NCBI RefSeq assembly: GCF_006345805.1
Contig: NC_043002.1
Coordinates: forward strand, 11,532,001-11,596,000
Reading direction: 5' to 3'
DNA: 64,000 nt
Source of the DNA: Octopus sinensis
Lineage: Eukaryota
Part shown: one piece after another, positions 27,669 to 40,844 of the stretch
How the letters are laid out: the number at the start of each line of letters is the position of its first letter
Position numbering within the stretch: the first letter of the stretch is position 1
Made by a program: the position numbers and the translations under genes
Notes under the pieces: model-generated
What the model was told of the DNA's origin: nothing
Databases searched by the model: none
The model's input: only the letters and a program-made list of their open reading frames with translations

Positions 27669-29404
27669 CACACACACTGTATATATATATAGAGAGAGAG
27701 ATGTACTTGCATAGCAAGTGACCTGATCTGAGATTGTGTGCTAGAACGATATATATATATGTGTGTGTGCGTGTACTTATTCATATACATACATCTATAT
27801 GAGTTTGCATATGTATGGACATTAAATGATGATGATGATGATGATGATGATGATGGTGGTAATGATGATGATGATGATATATTTACATAATATATACATC
27901 AATACACATACACACACATATATATACATAATGTAATTTATATAAATTATATATATATATATAAGTAAATATTTGCTTGTTGGTATAAGCAAGCAGTAAA
28001 TCCTTTTTTAATACACTGGAGAAATTGTTTTATTCAAAATAAATTAATCACCTATGTCATTAATTATTTTTTTATTTAAAAAATATTATGAATAATTTTT
28101 CACATAAACGAGATAAAAAATATAATGTAATATTTTGAGGGTAAAACTGAATAACAAGCTAAATTTATATGAAATTCTATAAAGAAAAATTGTTATATAA
28201 ATGATCAGTTGAAAAGAGAATTTCGGAGATAAGTTAAGATCTGTTTGAAGAGAACAGTAACAGCAGTATATATAATGTAGGTAAATACATGATTATATAT
28301 ACAGATATATAATGTAGAAGCACTCACACAAACATGCATACAGACATAGCAAACATATGCGTATATGCCCAAACACTTATACATATATACACACACACAA
28401 ACTTGGATGGGGGTGATTTATAGTGTATATATAGTATGTTAGTAAAATATGAAAATAAACATGTTTCCTTGGCAAAATTTATGCACACGTATACATATAC
28501 ACACACATATGCAGATACATATATGTACATAATACATACATACATACATACATACATACATGTGTGTGTGTGTGTGCGTGTGTGTGTTTATGTATGTATA
28601 CATGCACACGCATATATACATGTATGTATATATATGTGTATATACATACATATAGACATATATGTATACATATATATATATACATGCACACACTCATATA
28701 CAGATACATATATGTACATAATAAATACATATATATATATATGCGCACACACACATATATACATGTATGTATATATGTGTATATACATACATATACACAT
28801 ATGTATACATTCACACATTCATATAGCTACATATATGTACATAATAAATACATATATATATACACACACATATATATGCATATACATCTATATAGGCACT
28901 CATTAAGACGTACTAATATAAACATATAAGTAGGTTGGTTAATAAACACAGCTGTATGGAATCATAAATACGTACAGACCTATGTGTACCTTCCCACATG
29001 TGCATATATACACACACAAAATACACACACACTCACGCACACAATACATAAGCAAAACACACATACCTATACATGCACACATTCACACCACACTTATACC
29101 ATTTACCTTGACTTACAATGTAACCAATCAACATCAACTATTGCTGCCAGTTCCGTGTATACACACATTAGGAAGTCTGATTCGCTGGTGTAACAAAGGG
29201 ATGTGGGTTCGATTCCTATCCGGATAAGAAAGCCTTCTTTTTTCTGTTGAGGGCTTATATGTCCCTTTATTAGACTGTTAGTCATTGCATGGTGATTGCC
29301 ATAAACTTTAAGCTTATATAAAAATACCATTAGTATTATTTACAGGAATGTAAACTCGGTACCATAAAAAAACCCATTTGGTAGGGATCTTAGAGCCTGA
29401 TCCT

Positions 29405-29570
29405 ACCCCAGTTGTGGTTGTGTGGTTGAGGAGTGGGCTTCCCAACCATTTGATCTTCAGTTCAAATCCACAGAGCAACACCTTGGGCAAATGTTGTCTA
29501 CTATTGTCCCTGGGATGACCAAAGCCAGGTAAGCAGCTTTGGTAGGCAAAAACTAAAAGAAACTTGTTGT
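29405..29570 (+). mobile_element. SINE family A, decayed 5' half
   Basis: gtggttgtgtggttgag..gttcaaatccac..caccttgggcaaatg. Confidence 0.6.
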
Positions 29571-29680
29571 ACAAGGAGGTTCTGCAAAGTCCCTGGCTTT
29601 TGGTAAAAGAAAATACAGGAGGATCAGTTGATTATGATTTTACTCAACATATTCCACTCTCAGATTCACACACTTATTGC
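29570..29680 (-). mobile_element. Mariner element end remnant
   Basis: tacaaggagg..aaaatacaggaggatcagtt..caacatattccactctcagattcacacacttattgc is the reverse complement of 11198-11280; begins at TA. Confidence 0.7.
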
Positions 29681-29934
29681 CCTGTTAAAGAACTTAGAAG
29701 GTTGGGCCTGAGGCCAAGCCTTTCATGATAACACCCTTAAAGCCACAAACTTTTCAGCAACTGTTCATAATATTACCAAATTCTAGGCAAAATATTCAGC
29801 AAAATATCACCTGCTAAAATGGCTGGTTAATAATACAAATTTATGCAATGTTACACCTATTCTGTATCCCTCTATTATGCTTTAACCATCCAACTAGTAA
29901 AAAGCAACACTCCTTGCTTTTGAGGGATCTTTGT

Positions 29935-30110
29935 TTTGCAAGTTATTTGGTAACCCCACCAATGCTGGTGCAATGTAAAGAACATTGGTGTTGGTACAGT
30001 GTTGGTACCTTGTAAAAAGTCACCCAGTACACTGTGTAAAGTGGTTGGCATTAGGAAGGGTATCTAGTCATAGAAACAAGGCCAAAGCAGACAAAGGAAC
30101 CTAGTACAAT
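29935..30110 (+). mobile_element. Decayed RTE 3'-end copy
   Basis: gtaaaaagtcacccagtacactgtgtaaagtggttggcattaggaagggtatc. Confidence 0.55.
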
Positions 30111-30776
30111 CCTCACAACATCATCACTTGACCTGCTAGAAATGGCTACCAAATCATCCTCAAATCACACCTTACCGTCTTAAAGAAAGAAGGACATGTC
30201 AGAAACAGTACATCAAATCCAGTACTTCACTGGCTTTACTGACTTTGAAATGACGCATGGCAAAGCTGGTCCAAACAGGAATGGAACTCAGAGTATAAGG
30301 AGGCAAGAGAATATTCATCCATCGGTCTAAATGGTTCTGCCAATACAATACTAACAAATAGTAGATAATACCAATATGCAAAACATCACTGGAGAAATCA
30401 AACAGCTGACATTCATATCAACTCTTATTAAATAGAGATTAAGACATACAAAGAATTCAGATAAAAAATACAATTAAATATGTGTGTGTATGAATGTATC
30501 ACACACACACAAATAAAATATAGAAAATATATTTGATCTTTTAAGCTTTATAAAACATTTGTACATTTTGTAAAACAACTGACAGGATTACACAATTGTT
30601 TGTTGAAAGTGACACACCCTTATCGATACACCTCATCAGAGCCTTTGCCAAAAGAAATACCTTATCTAATTGCACTGGGCACAGGAGTAGAGTGTGGGAT
30701 GATCTACTGAGCATTGACAGTTGGTTACATTTTATGCTTTACAATGCACAAAATACATTATATACAACAGAGAAAG

Positions 30777-31022
30777 TGGAGGCACGTGGATTAGTGGTTA
30801 GGGTGTCAGCATCATGATCATAAGATTGTGGTTTCGATTCCTGGACCGGGCGACGCATTGTGTTCTTTAGCAAAACACTTCATTTCACGTTGCTCCAGTC
30901 CACTCAGCTGGCAAAACGAGTAATGCTGCGATGGACTGGCGTCCCATCCAGCTGGGGAACACATACGCCATAGAAACCAGGAAACTGGGCCCATGAACCT
31001 GGCTAGGCTTTAAAAAGGCGAA
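30777..31022 (+). mobile_element. tRNA-derived SINE family C (subtype C1)
   Basis: ggaggcacgtggattagtggttagggtgtcagc..gtttcgattcctggaccggg head; tail gctgcgatggactggcgtcccatccagctgggg. Confidence 0.85.
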
Positions 31023-31079
31023 TCTATTATTTATTATAACAGAGAAAGGTAACTCACCTGCACATGAATGACCAACCAA

Positions 31080-31329
31080 AATATCCTTTCTACTAAAGAC
31101 TCAAAGGGCCTGACATTTTGGGGCAAGAGACTAGTTGATTACATCAACCCCAGTGTTTCATTGGTACTTAATTTATCGACCCCAAAAGAATGAAAGACAA
31201 AGTCAACCTCAGTGAGATTTGAACTCATAACATAGCAATGATAATAATCCTCTCTATTATAGGTACAAGGCCTGAAATTTTGGGGGATGGAATTAGTAGA
31301 TTACATCAACCCCAGTATTTCACTGGTAC
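31080..31329 (-). mobile_element. Two SINE family B pieces (31080-31235 and truncated 31250-31329)
   Basis: Each has ggcctga.attttggggg..ttacatcaaccccagt.tttca.tggtac. Confidence 0.75.
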
Positions 31330-31535
<206 letters not shown>

Positions 31536-31699
31536 CGTAATAAAAGGGTTAAAATGATCTTAATTAAAACCTTCCATTAAAATTTCATGTCACACTTGTT
31601 CTAAGCACAAAATTAATAATGACAAAAGCTGTAAATGAGCATCACTGTCATACAAGCGAGGTTGTTCATTTCTAGTCTTCTGTAAAAAAAAAAAAAAAC

Positions 31700-31845
31700 T
31701 TGTTTGACCATGGGAAAATATTACTTTGCTTGGAAATAGATGAGGTTTGGTGATATCGGAAGGGCATCCGGTTGTAGAAAATCTGCTTCAACAAAATCCT
31801 TCTGACCCATGCAAGCATCGAAAAGTGGACGTTAAAACGATGTAG
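31700..31845 (+). mobile_element. Second RTE-like 3'-end family (D2)
   Basis: gaccatgggaaaatattactttgcttggaaa..ggaagggcatccggttgtagaaaatctgc..cccatgcaagcatcgaaaagtggacgttaaaac shares the D1 terminal motifs but has a different upstream body. Confidence 0.7.
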
Positions 31846-32606
31846 AACGTAAGGAGCTGAAATGAATAATGCCAGGCATTTCACAGACACACTACTGAAT
31901 CTGTCAATCAACTGCCTTTCCTTGCTCTTGCCATTGTTTATTTAATCTTGTAGTAAAACACACACACACACACATTTGTATGTGTTTCTGTGTGTGTCAG
32001 AGTTTTTCTTAGTGTGTGCATATGGTGTGCCTGTGTGTGTTGTGCGTAAGGCGTTAAGCAGAGAGATATATTTATTCCTGTGTGGTTTTTTTTAGCGATA
32101 CACTGTTGGCATTCCTTTCAGAGATGATAACCAACATTTTTTTAAAGGACTAAACCCCCCCCCCGCCCCTTGCATCCCCTACAACAAACAAGGATGATAT
32201 GATAAACAAGAAACAAATAAATAATAATAATAATAATAATAAAAATAAAATAAGGCAAATGGAAACCAGAAGAGAAGGAATTGAATAATATGGAAATATA
32301 TAAATGAAAGACAGAATAAACAAACATGTAGATAAAAGGTAGAGGATGAAGGAAAAAAAAAGTTGTTTTGCCTCTAAATTAAAAGCAAGAACTCGGTGTA
32401 ACAATTCCCATATAAAAATCCAAACAAGTACAGCGATTGTCTTAGAATTTCTGAAGATTTAGAAGTCACAGGCCTGGCATTGATGATAAGAAATGTAGCC
32501 AGCGAGTGTTATGGTGGCGGGAAGTGGGTGTGTATGAGAGAGTAAAAGATGGATGGATGGATGGATGGAAAGATGGACAGGCAGATAGAGAGTTAGATAG
32601 AGAGGC

Positions 32607-32637
<31 letters not shown>

Positions 32638-32679
32638 AAGATAGGGAGTGAAGTGGATATACATCTTATATATATATAT

Positions 32680-32723
<44 letters not shown>

Positions 32724-32843
32724 TATATATTAGATGTATAAGATATATAAGATATATATAGCTTATGTGTAAATATATATATATATATATATATACAAAT
32801 AGATAGATAGATAGATAGATAGATAAATGGATAGATGGATAGG

Positions 32844-32879
<36 letters not shown>

Positions 32880-33768
32880 GAGATAGAGAGATAGAGAGAT
32901 AGATAGAAAGATAGATGGATGGATGGATGGATGAATGGATGGATGGATGGATGGATGGATAGATAGACAGACAGACAGACAGATGAAGAAAGAGAGAGGA
33001 GGGAGAAAATGATGGAGAGACAGGAAGAAAAATAGATAGATACTTTCAGACAGACAGAAAGATAGATAAATAGATAGATAGAATGATGGATATATAGATT
33101 GATAGAGAGACAGATATATAAAGAGAGTGAAAGAGAGCTAGACGGAGAGAGAAGGGGAGAGAAGGGAGAAGAATGAGAAAAACCGAGATACAATTAGGTA
33201 CAGTTAGATGTTTGTCACGTGAGCCAATATTTGGCAGCAATGATAAGGAATTAAAGATAATGCTTCTTATTCTCCGGGGAACATGTATTATATAATAGTT
33301 TTCTGAGTAATGATGTTACTAGCTTTAAAATTTTAAATTTTTTCTTATTTTCAAAACTGGAACATTCCAAAGTCTTTTGTTTGGCATCAACATCAGATCC
33401 GTAATTACCGAAATCAATCAATATTTGATACATTTCAAACAATTTAAAACACCAAAACAAATTATTTATTCGTTTATGTCTGTTTGTTGGTTCATCTGTC
33501 AGTTTGTGTTCCTTGTTAAAATATTCCATTTTATTGGGTTATCAGATAAAAATTTGTTCATCTTCCTCCATTTACCGTATTTTCTGGCAGACAGGTTGAT
33601 GCGGTATACAGTGGAAACATGTAGCATAAATATTCAAACATCATCTCTATTTTTCCAGATTCTGCTGCATTTCACATGGAAGTTTTTGTCCGACAAAAAC
33701 GTCTTGGTCTATTAGTCTACCTACCATTTTGGAGGTCTGAAAATTTTGACTTGCATGTAGGCTGGAAA

Positions 33769-34020
33769 GTGGAGGCACGTGGCTTAGTGGTTAGGGTGTC
33801 AGCATCATGATCATAAGATTGTATTTTCGATTCCTGGACTGGGCAACACGTTTTGTTCTTGAGCAAAACACTTCCTTTCACATTACTCCAATCCACTCAG
33901 CTGGTAAAAATGAGTAACGTTGTGATGGACAGGCATCCCGTCCATCTGCGGAACTCATATGTATGCCATTGAAACTGGGAAACTGGACCCATGAGCCTGG
34001 CTAGGCTTTAAAAGGGCACA
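33769..34020 (+). mobile_element. SINE family C1
   Basis: Collinear with 30777-31022. Confidence 0.85.
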
Positions 34021-34028
34021 TTTATTTG

Positions 34029-34345
34029 GAGGCGCAATGGCCCAGTGGTTAGGGCAGCGGACTAGCGGTCGGAGGATCGCAGTTTCAATTCCTAGACCGG
34101 GCTTTGTATGTGTTTATTGAACGAAAACACCTAAAAGATCTATGAGGCTCTGGCAGGGGTTGGTGGCGACACATTTGTACTCTTTCGCCACAACTTGCTC
34201 TCACTCTCTCTTCCTGTTTCTTGAATAACGCTGCAATGGACTGGCGTCCCATCCAGCTGGGGAGAACACATAAGAACACATACGCCACAGAAACCAAGAC
34301 ACTGGGCTCATGAACCTGGCTAGGCTTGAAAATGGCTCATAAAAA
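34029..34345 (+). mobile_element. SINE family C2 head/body with C1-type tail
   Basis: ggaggcgcaatggcccagtggttagggcagcgg head; ctttcgccacaac body; gctgcaatggactggcgtcccatccagc tail. Confidence 0.85.
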
Positions 34346-34464
34346 AATAAGGCTGGAATATACAGCATTTTAATCCTTTTCAATATTTGACTTCAACATA
34401 AAAAGCATTATTGATTTTTTGTAGCTCTATTCTTTCTCTCTAAAACTTATATTTATCACTTATT

Positions 34465-34870
34465 CTTTTATTCTTTTACTTGTTTCAGTCATTTGATTGT
34501 GACCATGCTGGAGCACTGCCTGTAATCAAGTAAATCGACCCCAGAGCTTACACTCTGTAAGCCTAGTACTTATTCTATCAGTCTCTTTTGCCAAACCGGT
34601 AAGTTACGGGAACGTAAACACACCGGCATCAGTTGTCAAGTGATGTTGGGGGTACAAACACAGACACGCAAACATACACAAACACACACACACACACACA
34701 TATATATGATGGGCTTCTTGCAGTTTCTGTCTACCAAATCCACTCACAAGGCTTTGGTCGGCCCGAGGCTATAGTAGATGACACTTGCCCAAAGTGACAT
34801 GTAGTGGGAATGAACCCGGAACAATGTGGTTGGCAGGAAGCTAATTACCCCACAGCCACTCCTGCACCTA
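34465..34870 (-). mobile_element. SINE family A, full-length
   Basis: Reverse complement collinear with 56226-56642. Confidence 0.88.
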
Positions 34871-34954
34871 CATATAATATATACATATATCTACATACAC
34901 ACACAATGCACACATATGTACATGCAAAATGATTATGGTGATAATAATGATGAC

Positions 34955-34997
<43 letters not shown>

Positions 34998-35023
34998 TTA
35001 ATAACAATAATAATAATAATAAC

Positions 35024-35073
<50 letters not shown>

Positions 35074-35081
35074 TAATAATA

Positions 35082-35129
<48 letters not shown>

Positions 35130-35575
35130 AGAGACAGAGAAACATGGAGAATCTTTACAAAAGGTTATTAGAACCTTATAATATAACCTTAGCCTTCTGG
35201 ATATATAAAATAAGCATCATTTCTATCAAGCGCCCTTAGAAAATGGCTAAGGGAACAATTTGTATTTTTTTCCTTTCACTGTGTTAATATGCATTAGGAA
35301 GTATTTAACGAGATGCTTCAACTATAATCTTTAGAACATTATTATACCGTATTATACGATATTCGTTTTATATGTGATACTGAAATGCAATACTGATGTT
35401 ATATAGTTTAATGTTATCATAAAACTTATCTTGACATTTTCGGGGGGGAATAAAACCTTTTTTTTTTTTTAAATCATGAATTTAGCTATATTGAGTTTGT
35501 ATCTGTAAAAAAAAAATAAAACAAAAAAAAAATCTATATTTTGTAAAATTTATATTTATGTTATGTTATGATTTG

Positions 35576-35612
<37 letters not shown>

Positions 35613-35859
35613 CTGAATAACATAAAAAAAAAAAAGAAATGTCTTAATCCTAGATACACACATTATCCCAGACTGGATTGAAACTAGCAATCATTATTAA
35701 TTCTAAAATTAAAGGTAATTTTCATGAACATATTCGAATCCTCCTCTTCCTCCCTTTCATCGTCCATCCTCCTCTTCTTCCTCCACTGTACAACTACCAT
35801 TCCTCTTCTTCAAATTCTTCTCCAAATTCTTCATCCTCTACTTCCTCTACCTCTTTTCC

Positions 35860-36082
35860 TCTGGCCCCTTGTGCCGATGGCATGTACAAAAGCACCCACT
35901 ACACTCTCAGAGTGGTTGGCGTTAGGAAGGGCATCCAGCTGTAGAAACACTGCCAGATCAGATTGGGGCTTGGTGCAGCCTCCTGGCTTCCCAAACCCAA
36001 GGTGAACTGTCCAACCCATGCCAGCATGGAAAACGGACATTAAACAACGATGATGATGATGATGATGATAATGATGATGATA
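35860..36082 (+). mobile_element. RTE 3'-end-only copy (D1)
   Basis: ggcatgtacaaaagcacccactacactctcagagtggttggcgttaggaagggcatcc...ggacattaaacaac(gat)n. Confidence 0.85.
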
Positions 36083-36324
36083 CACTGTGTTTTAAGTTCA
36101 AACTAGTCAGATCTATTTTCTCAAAACTAATCTACAATTAAACACTCATATCATTGAAATCTCAAAGGTCTGAGATAATGCATGATTAATTCAAAACAAT
36201 GTGAATAAAAAAACATTAAATTTGACAGAGAATTCAGAATGCTAAAGAGTTGAAAAAGAGATGAGGAAGGATTTTACAAAAGAATTAGGGAAGGATACAT
36301 GTATATCTAAGGTAATGGTTTCAA

Positions 36325-36465
36325 ATTTTGGCACAAGGCCTGCAGTCTTGAGGGAGAGTGTAAGTCGATTATATCAACCCCAGTACTCTACTGGTACTTA
36401 TCTTATCCACCCTGAAAGAATGAAATGCAAAGTTGACGACGGCAGAATTTGAACACAGAATGTAA
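36325..36465 (-). mobile_element. SINE family B
   Basis: cacaaggcctgca..cgattatatcaaccccagtactctactggtactta..gaatgaaatgcaaagttgac. Confidence 0.7.
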
Positions 36466-36734
36466 AGATGGGTGTGGCAATGGTGCTGCCTGTGCACTTG
36501 ACTTTGTATATCCAAGATAGTATAGTCCAAAATGTATTAGTTCTTTACAAAGGTGGGATAGTCATGGTTGGAAAACTTTTGTGTGAAATGGAAGTAAACA
36601 ACAGCATCAGTAGCAAAAAGGTATTAGTTCCTTTACAGAATTATTCTTGGAAACCAAACAAAGATTTCTTCAAGACAAAATCATTTAAGAATAACATCTT
36701 TTAATGACTGGTGCCGTTATAGGTGCAAAGGCCA

Positions 36735-36850
36735 GGGGTGGGGAAATATTACCTTATTTGGAAACAAAACATAGTTGGCAACAAGTTACAAATATCTACT
36801 CCAGCTAATTCTGTCCAACCCATGCAAACATGAAAAAGTGGATTTTAAAA
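36735..36850 (+). mobile_element. D2 copy
   Basis: ggggaaatattaccttatttggaaac..ccaacccatgcaaacatgaaaaagtgga. Confidence 0.6.
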
Positions 36851-36884
36851 TGTCAGTGATCACACACACACACACACACACATC

Positions 36885-37348
36885 TTTTCATGTTTCAGGC
36901 ATTAGACTGCGGCCATGCTGGGGCACCAGCTTGAAAAATCTTTCGTCGAATTAATTGACCGCAGGACATATTTTTTTGTTTAGAGGACTTATCCTGTTGG
37001 TCTCTCTTGCTGAATGAACTGCCAAGTTATGGGGATGAAACCAAACCATCACCAGTTGTTGTGTGATGGTGGTGGTGGTGGGGCAAACGCAGACACACAG
37101 ACATACACACATGAAGTGGGGCTGATCCCAGAACCATGACATTGGGAAGCAAGCTTCTTTCCACATATATATATACATATATATGATGGGCTTCTTTCAG
37201 TTTCCATCTACCAAATCCACTCACAAGGCTTTGGTCAGCCTGAGGCTATAGTACAAGACGCCTTGCCCAAGGTGCCACGCAGTGGGACTGAACCCGGAAC
37301 CATGTGGTTCGTAAGCAAGCTACTTACCACACAGCCACTCTTACACCT
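36885..37348 (-). mobile_element. SINE family A, full-length (with an extra head-like segment near 37130)
   Basis: Reverse complement collinear; abuts the RTE LINE tail. Confidence 0.8.
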
Positions 37349-37356
37349 ATATATAT

Positions 37357-39482
37357 ATCATCATCATCATCATCATCGTTTAGCGTCCGTTTTCCATGCT
37401 AGCATGGGTTGGACGGTTCTACTGGGGTCTGTGAAGCCAGAGGGCTTCATCAGGCCCAGTCAAATCTGGCAGTGTTTCTATGGCTGGATGCCCTTCCTAA
37501 CGCCAACCACTCCGTGAGTGTAGTGGGTGCTTTTTACGTGCCACCCGCACAGGTGCCAGACAGAGCTGGCAAACGGCCACGAACGGATGGTGCTTTTTAT
37601 GTGCCACCGGCACAAGGGCCAGGCGAGGCTGGCAACGGACACGAAATGGGGCGGTGCTGGCAACGGTCGCGAAACGGAAGGTTCTCTTACATGCCACCGG
37701 CACTGGTAACACATCTGCAATTTCCATTGATCGATTTCCATTCTGATCCTCACTTGCCTCAACGGGTCTTCACAAGTAGAGTTTCGACATGCCACCGGCA
37801 CTGGTAACACATCTGCAATTTCCATTGATCGATTTCCATTTCTGATCCTCACTTGCCTCAACGGGTCTTCACAAGTAGAGTATAGACATGCCACCGGCAC
37901 TGGTAACACATCTGCAATTTCCATTGATCGATTTTGATTCTGATCCTCACTTGCCTCAACAGGTCTTCACAAGTTGAGTTTTGTGTCCCAAGAAGGGAAG
38001 GTATGCATACATAGGCTGGCTCCATCCCAAGTAGAAGGCCAAGGGTTATGGACTCACTTGTCCTGCCGGGTCTTCTCGCGCACAGCACACTTCCAGAGGA
38101 CTCGGTCTCTAGTCATTTCCTCAGTGAGACCTAAAGTTCGAAGGTCGTGCTTCACCACCTCGTCCCAGGTTTTCCTGGGTCTGCCTCTTCCACAGGTTCC
38201 CTCAACCGCTAGGGTGTGGCACTTTTTCACACAACTATCTTCATCTATTCTCGCCACATGACCATACCAGCACAATCGTCTCTCTTGCACACCACAACTG
38301 ATGCTTCTTAGGTCCAGCTTTTCTCTCAAGGTACTTACACTCTGCCGAGTGTGAGTACCGGCATTACACATCCATCGGAGCATACTGGCTTCATTTCTAG
38401 CGAGCTTACGCATATCCTCAGCAGTCACGGCCCATGTTTCACTGCCATGTAGCATGGCTGTTCGTACACACGCATCATACAGTCTGCCTTTCACTCTGTG
38501 CGAGAGGCCTTTTGTCACCAGCAGAGGTAAGAGCTCTCTGAACTTTACCCAAGCTATTCTTACTCTAGCAGTTACACTTTCAGCACACCCGCCCCCGCTG
38601 CTGACTTGGTCACCTAGGTAACGGAAACTATCAACTATTTCTAGTTTTTCTCCCTGGAAAGTGACGGAAGTTGGTCTCAGAGCATTCTCAGTGTTTATTG
38701 TTCCTGAGCATCTGCCACATACAAAAACCATCTTCCTAGTTAGCCTTCCTTTGACATTGCTGCATCTCTTATGTGTCCATAGCTTACACTTGGTGCATCT
38801 TATAGAGTTTCTACCTACACCTTTTCTACAGATCGAGCAGGGCCATCTACCTGAAGGTGTTTGTGATTTCTCTATCTTCCTACTGATTACGACTTTGGTT
38901 TTAGCTAGATGACTCTGAGGCCCTTCGATTCTAATCCTTGTTTCCACACCTGAAACTTCTCTCCAGTTCTGATAGCGACTCAGCAATTAGAGCAAGGTCA
39001 TCAGCATAGAGGAGCTCCCAAGGGCATCCTGTCTTGAATTCCTCCGTTATTGCCTGGAGGACTATGATAAATAGGAGGGGGCTGAGTACTGAGCCTTGGT
39101 GGACCCCTACCTCTACCCGGAATTCTTCACTGTACTCGTTTCCAACCCTCACCCTACTAGCAGCGTCCCTATACATGGCCCGCACAGCTCTCACTAACCA
39201 TTCATCTATCCCTAGTTTCCTCATTGCCCACCAGATAAGGGATCGGGGGACCCTGTCGAAGGCTTTCTCCATGTCAACAAAAGCCAGGTACAGGGGCTTA
39301 TCTTTGGCTAGGTATTTCTCCTGCAGCTGCCTTACCAGGAATATAGCATCAGTAGTACTTTTCCCTGGCACAAACCCAAACTGCATCTCATCTAAACTAA
39401 CTCTCTCTCTAATTAGTTGGGCTATGACCCTCTCCGTAACCTTCATCACCTGATCCAACAGCTTGATACCTCTGTAATTATT
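37357..39482 (-). mobile_element. 5'-truncated RTE-clade LINE (RT region, C-terminus, repeat-containing 3' UTR, (GAT)n tail)
   Basis: Minus-strand ORFs carry non-LTR RT motifs (NYRGIKLL, QFGFVPGKSTTDAIF, FVDMEKAFDRV, GVHQGSVLSPLLF, LLYADDL) and an RTE-type C-terminus (FRYLG, MLHGSETW, WYGHVAR, GRGRPRKTW). The sequence runs on through a 3' UTR to a (GAT)n tail at about 37357-37378. Confidence 0.95.
38054..39482 (-). pseudogene. Disrupted RTE ORF (reverse transcriptase + PHD-type finger), no endonuclease domain
   Basis: ORFs 38931..39506 and 38054..38986 join as ...SELE(E)KFQVWKQGLESKGLRV(N)LAKTKV if one base is restored at about 38960 and one at about 38909. The 5' end is truncated at NYRG and abuts (TA)n. 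Confidence 0.9.
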
Positions 39483-40052
39483 TGTATATATATATATACT
39501 GCACACACATGCATTTTCACATATATATTTACATACATTACTACATAAATATGTATTTCTTCAATTCTTTCCAGTATGATTGTTAATATATGTTTGTCCA
39601 ATGAGAAATGAACGTTATCAAATATTCAAGGAAACATTACAACTTATGGAAATTTAAATTCAGAAAGTTTTCAGTTCAAAAGTATAGATGATATTGAATG
39701 AGTCTACATATGTGTGTTCCCAATTATGCATGCATGTATAAATGAATGTGCATATATACTATATATATATATATATATATCCACATGTAAGTGTGTGTAT
39801 GTAAGTATGTAATCCTTACTAATGCAGAAAAACAGATCTAAGATACAGCTTTCACGGAAGGACAATTGGAAAATAAATCAAGGTATACGTATTAAAATAA
39901 ATGTATATATTTTATATATTCTTCTTATACACATACACACACACATACATGCACAAATATAATATATATATGTGCATATATATACATATACATACATATA
40001 TATATATATATGAAATGTATGTGATATATATATATATAAACATGTATATATA

Positions 40053-40084
<32 letters not shown>

Positions 40085-40811
40085 CATGAAATATGTGTGA
40101 TATATATGTGTATATAATATATATATATATGTATATATATATAATACACACACATATAGATGTATATGTATATATATATACACAGTATATATATGTTTGT
40201 AATGAACATGTGAGCATACATATATATCAATAAGAATGTTAATTGGACGAAATTTTCAGATAATAGTTAAATTATGCAAGATGTGAAACTATTGTATAAA
40301 TCTTTCTTTTTCCATATTCATCTGCAGGAAGGAAACAAAAAGAAAAAAAAAATTATATCATAAAATAAAAAAGAAAAAAGGATGTGAAATTTGTTATTTC
40401 ATCACGATAAAATACATATAACTAGAAATATTAATAAGTCTGTGTAGAATATCGAAACAATAAAATTCTAATTTGGAAAATTGTAAAATAAGACAAAAGA
40501 AAAAATTAAGGAGAATATCATTATATTATATTTATTGATACGTGATTAATGCAGTTCTCTGTACCATATATTAGAAATCTGATTAGAAGGATGATGAGGT
40601 TATGATGATGATGAGGATGATGATGATGAGGATGATGATGAGGATGATGATGATGATGATAGTAAGGATTTCTGTTATTGGCCACAAGGGTCTAAGACAT
40701 TGAGGACTACATCACAAGACAAAAATACAGCACTTAACACAGTGGGGCTTACTTAGATTGATCAAAAGAGGAATCTGCTACAATAGGGGTATAATAATAA
40801 TAATCATAATC

Positions 40812-40842
<31 letters not shown>

Positions 40843-40844
40843 AG

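Noticed and set aside
31051-31095. Perfect CAG|GTGAGT donor on the minus strand
   Set aside because: The upstream acceptor lies inside a SINE-B tail and the implied exon is only 32 nt.
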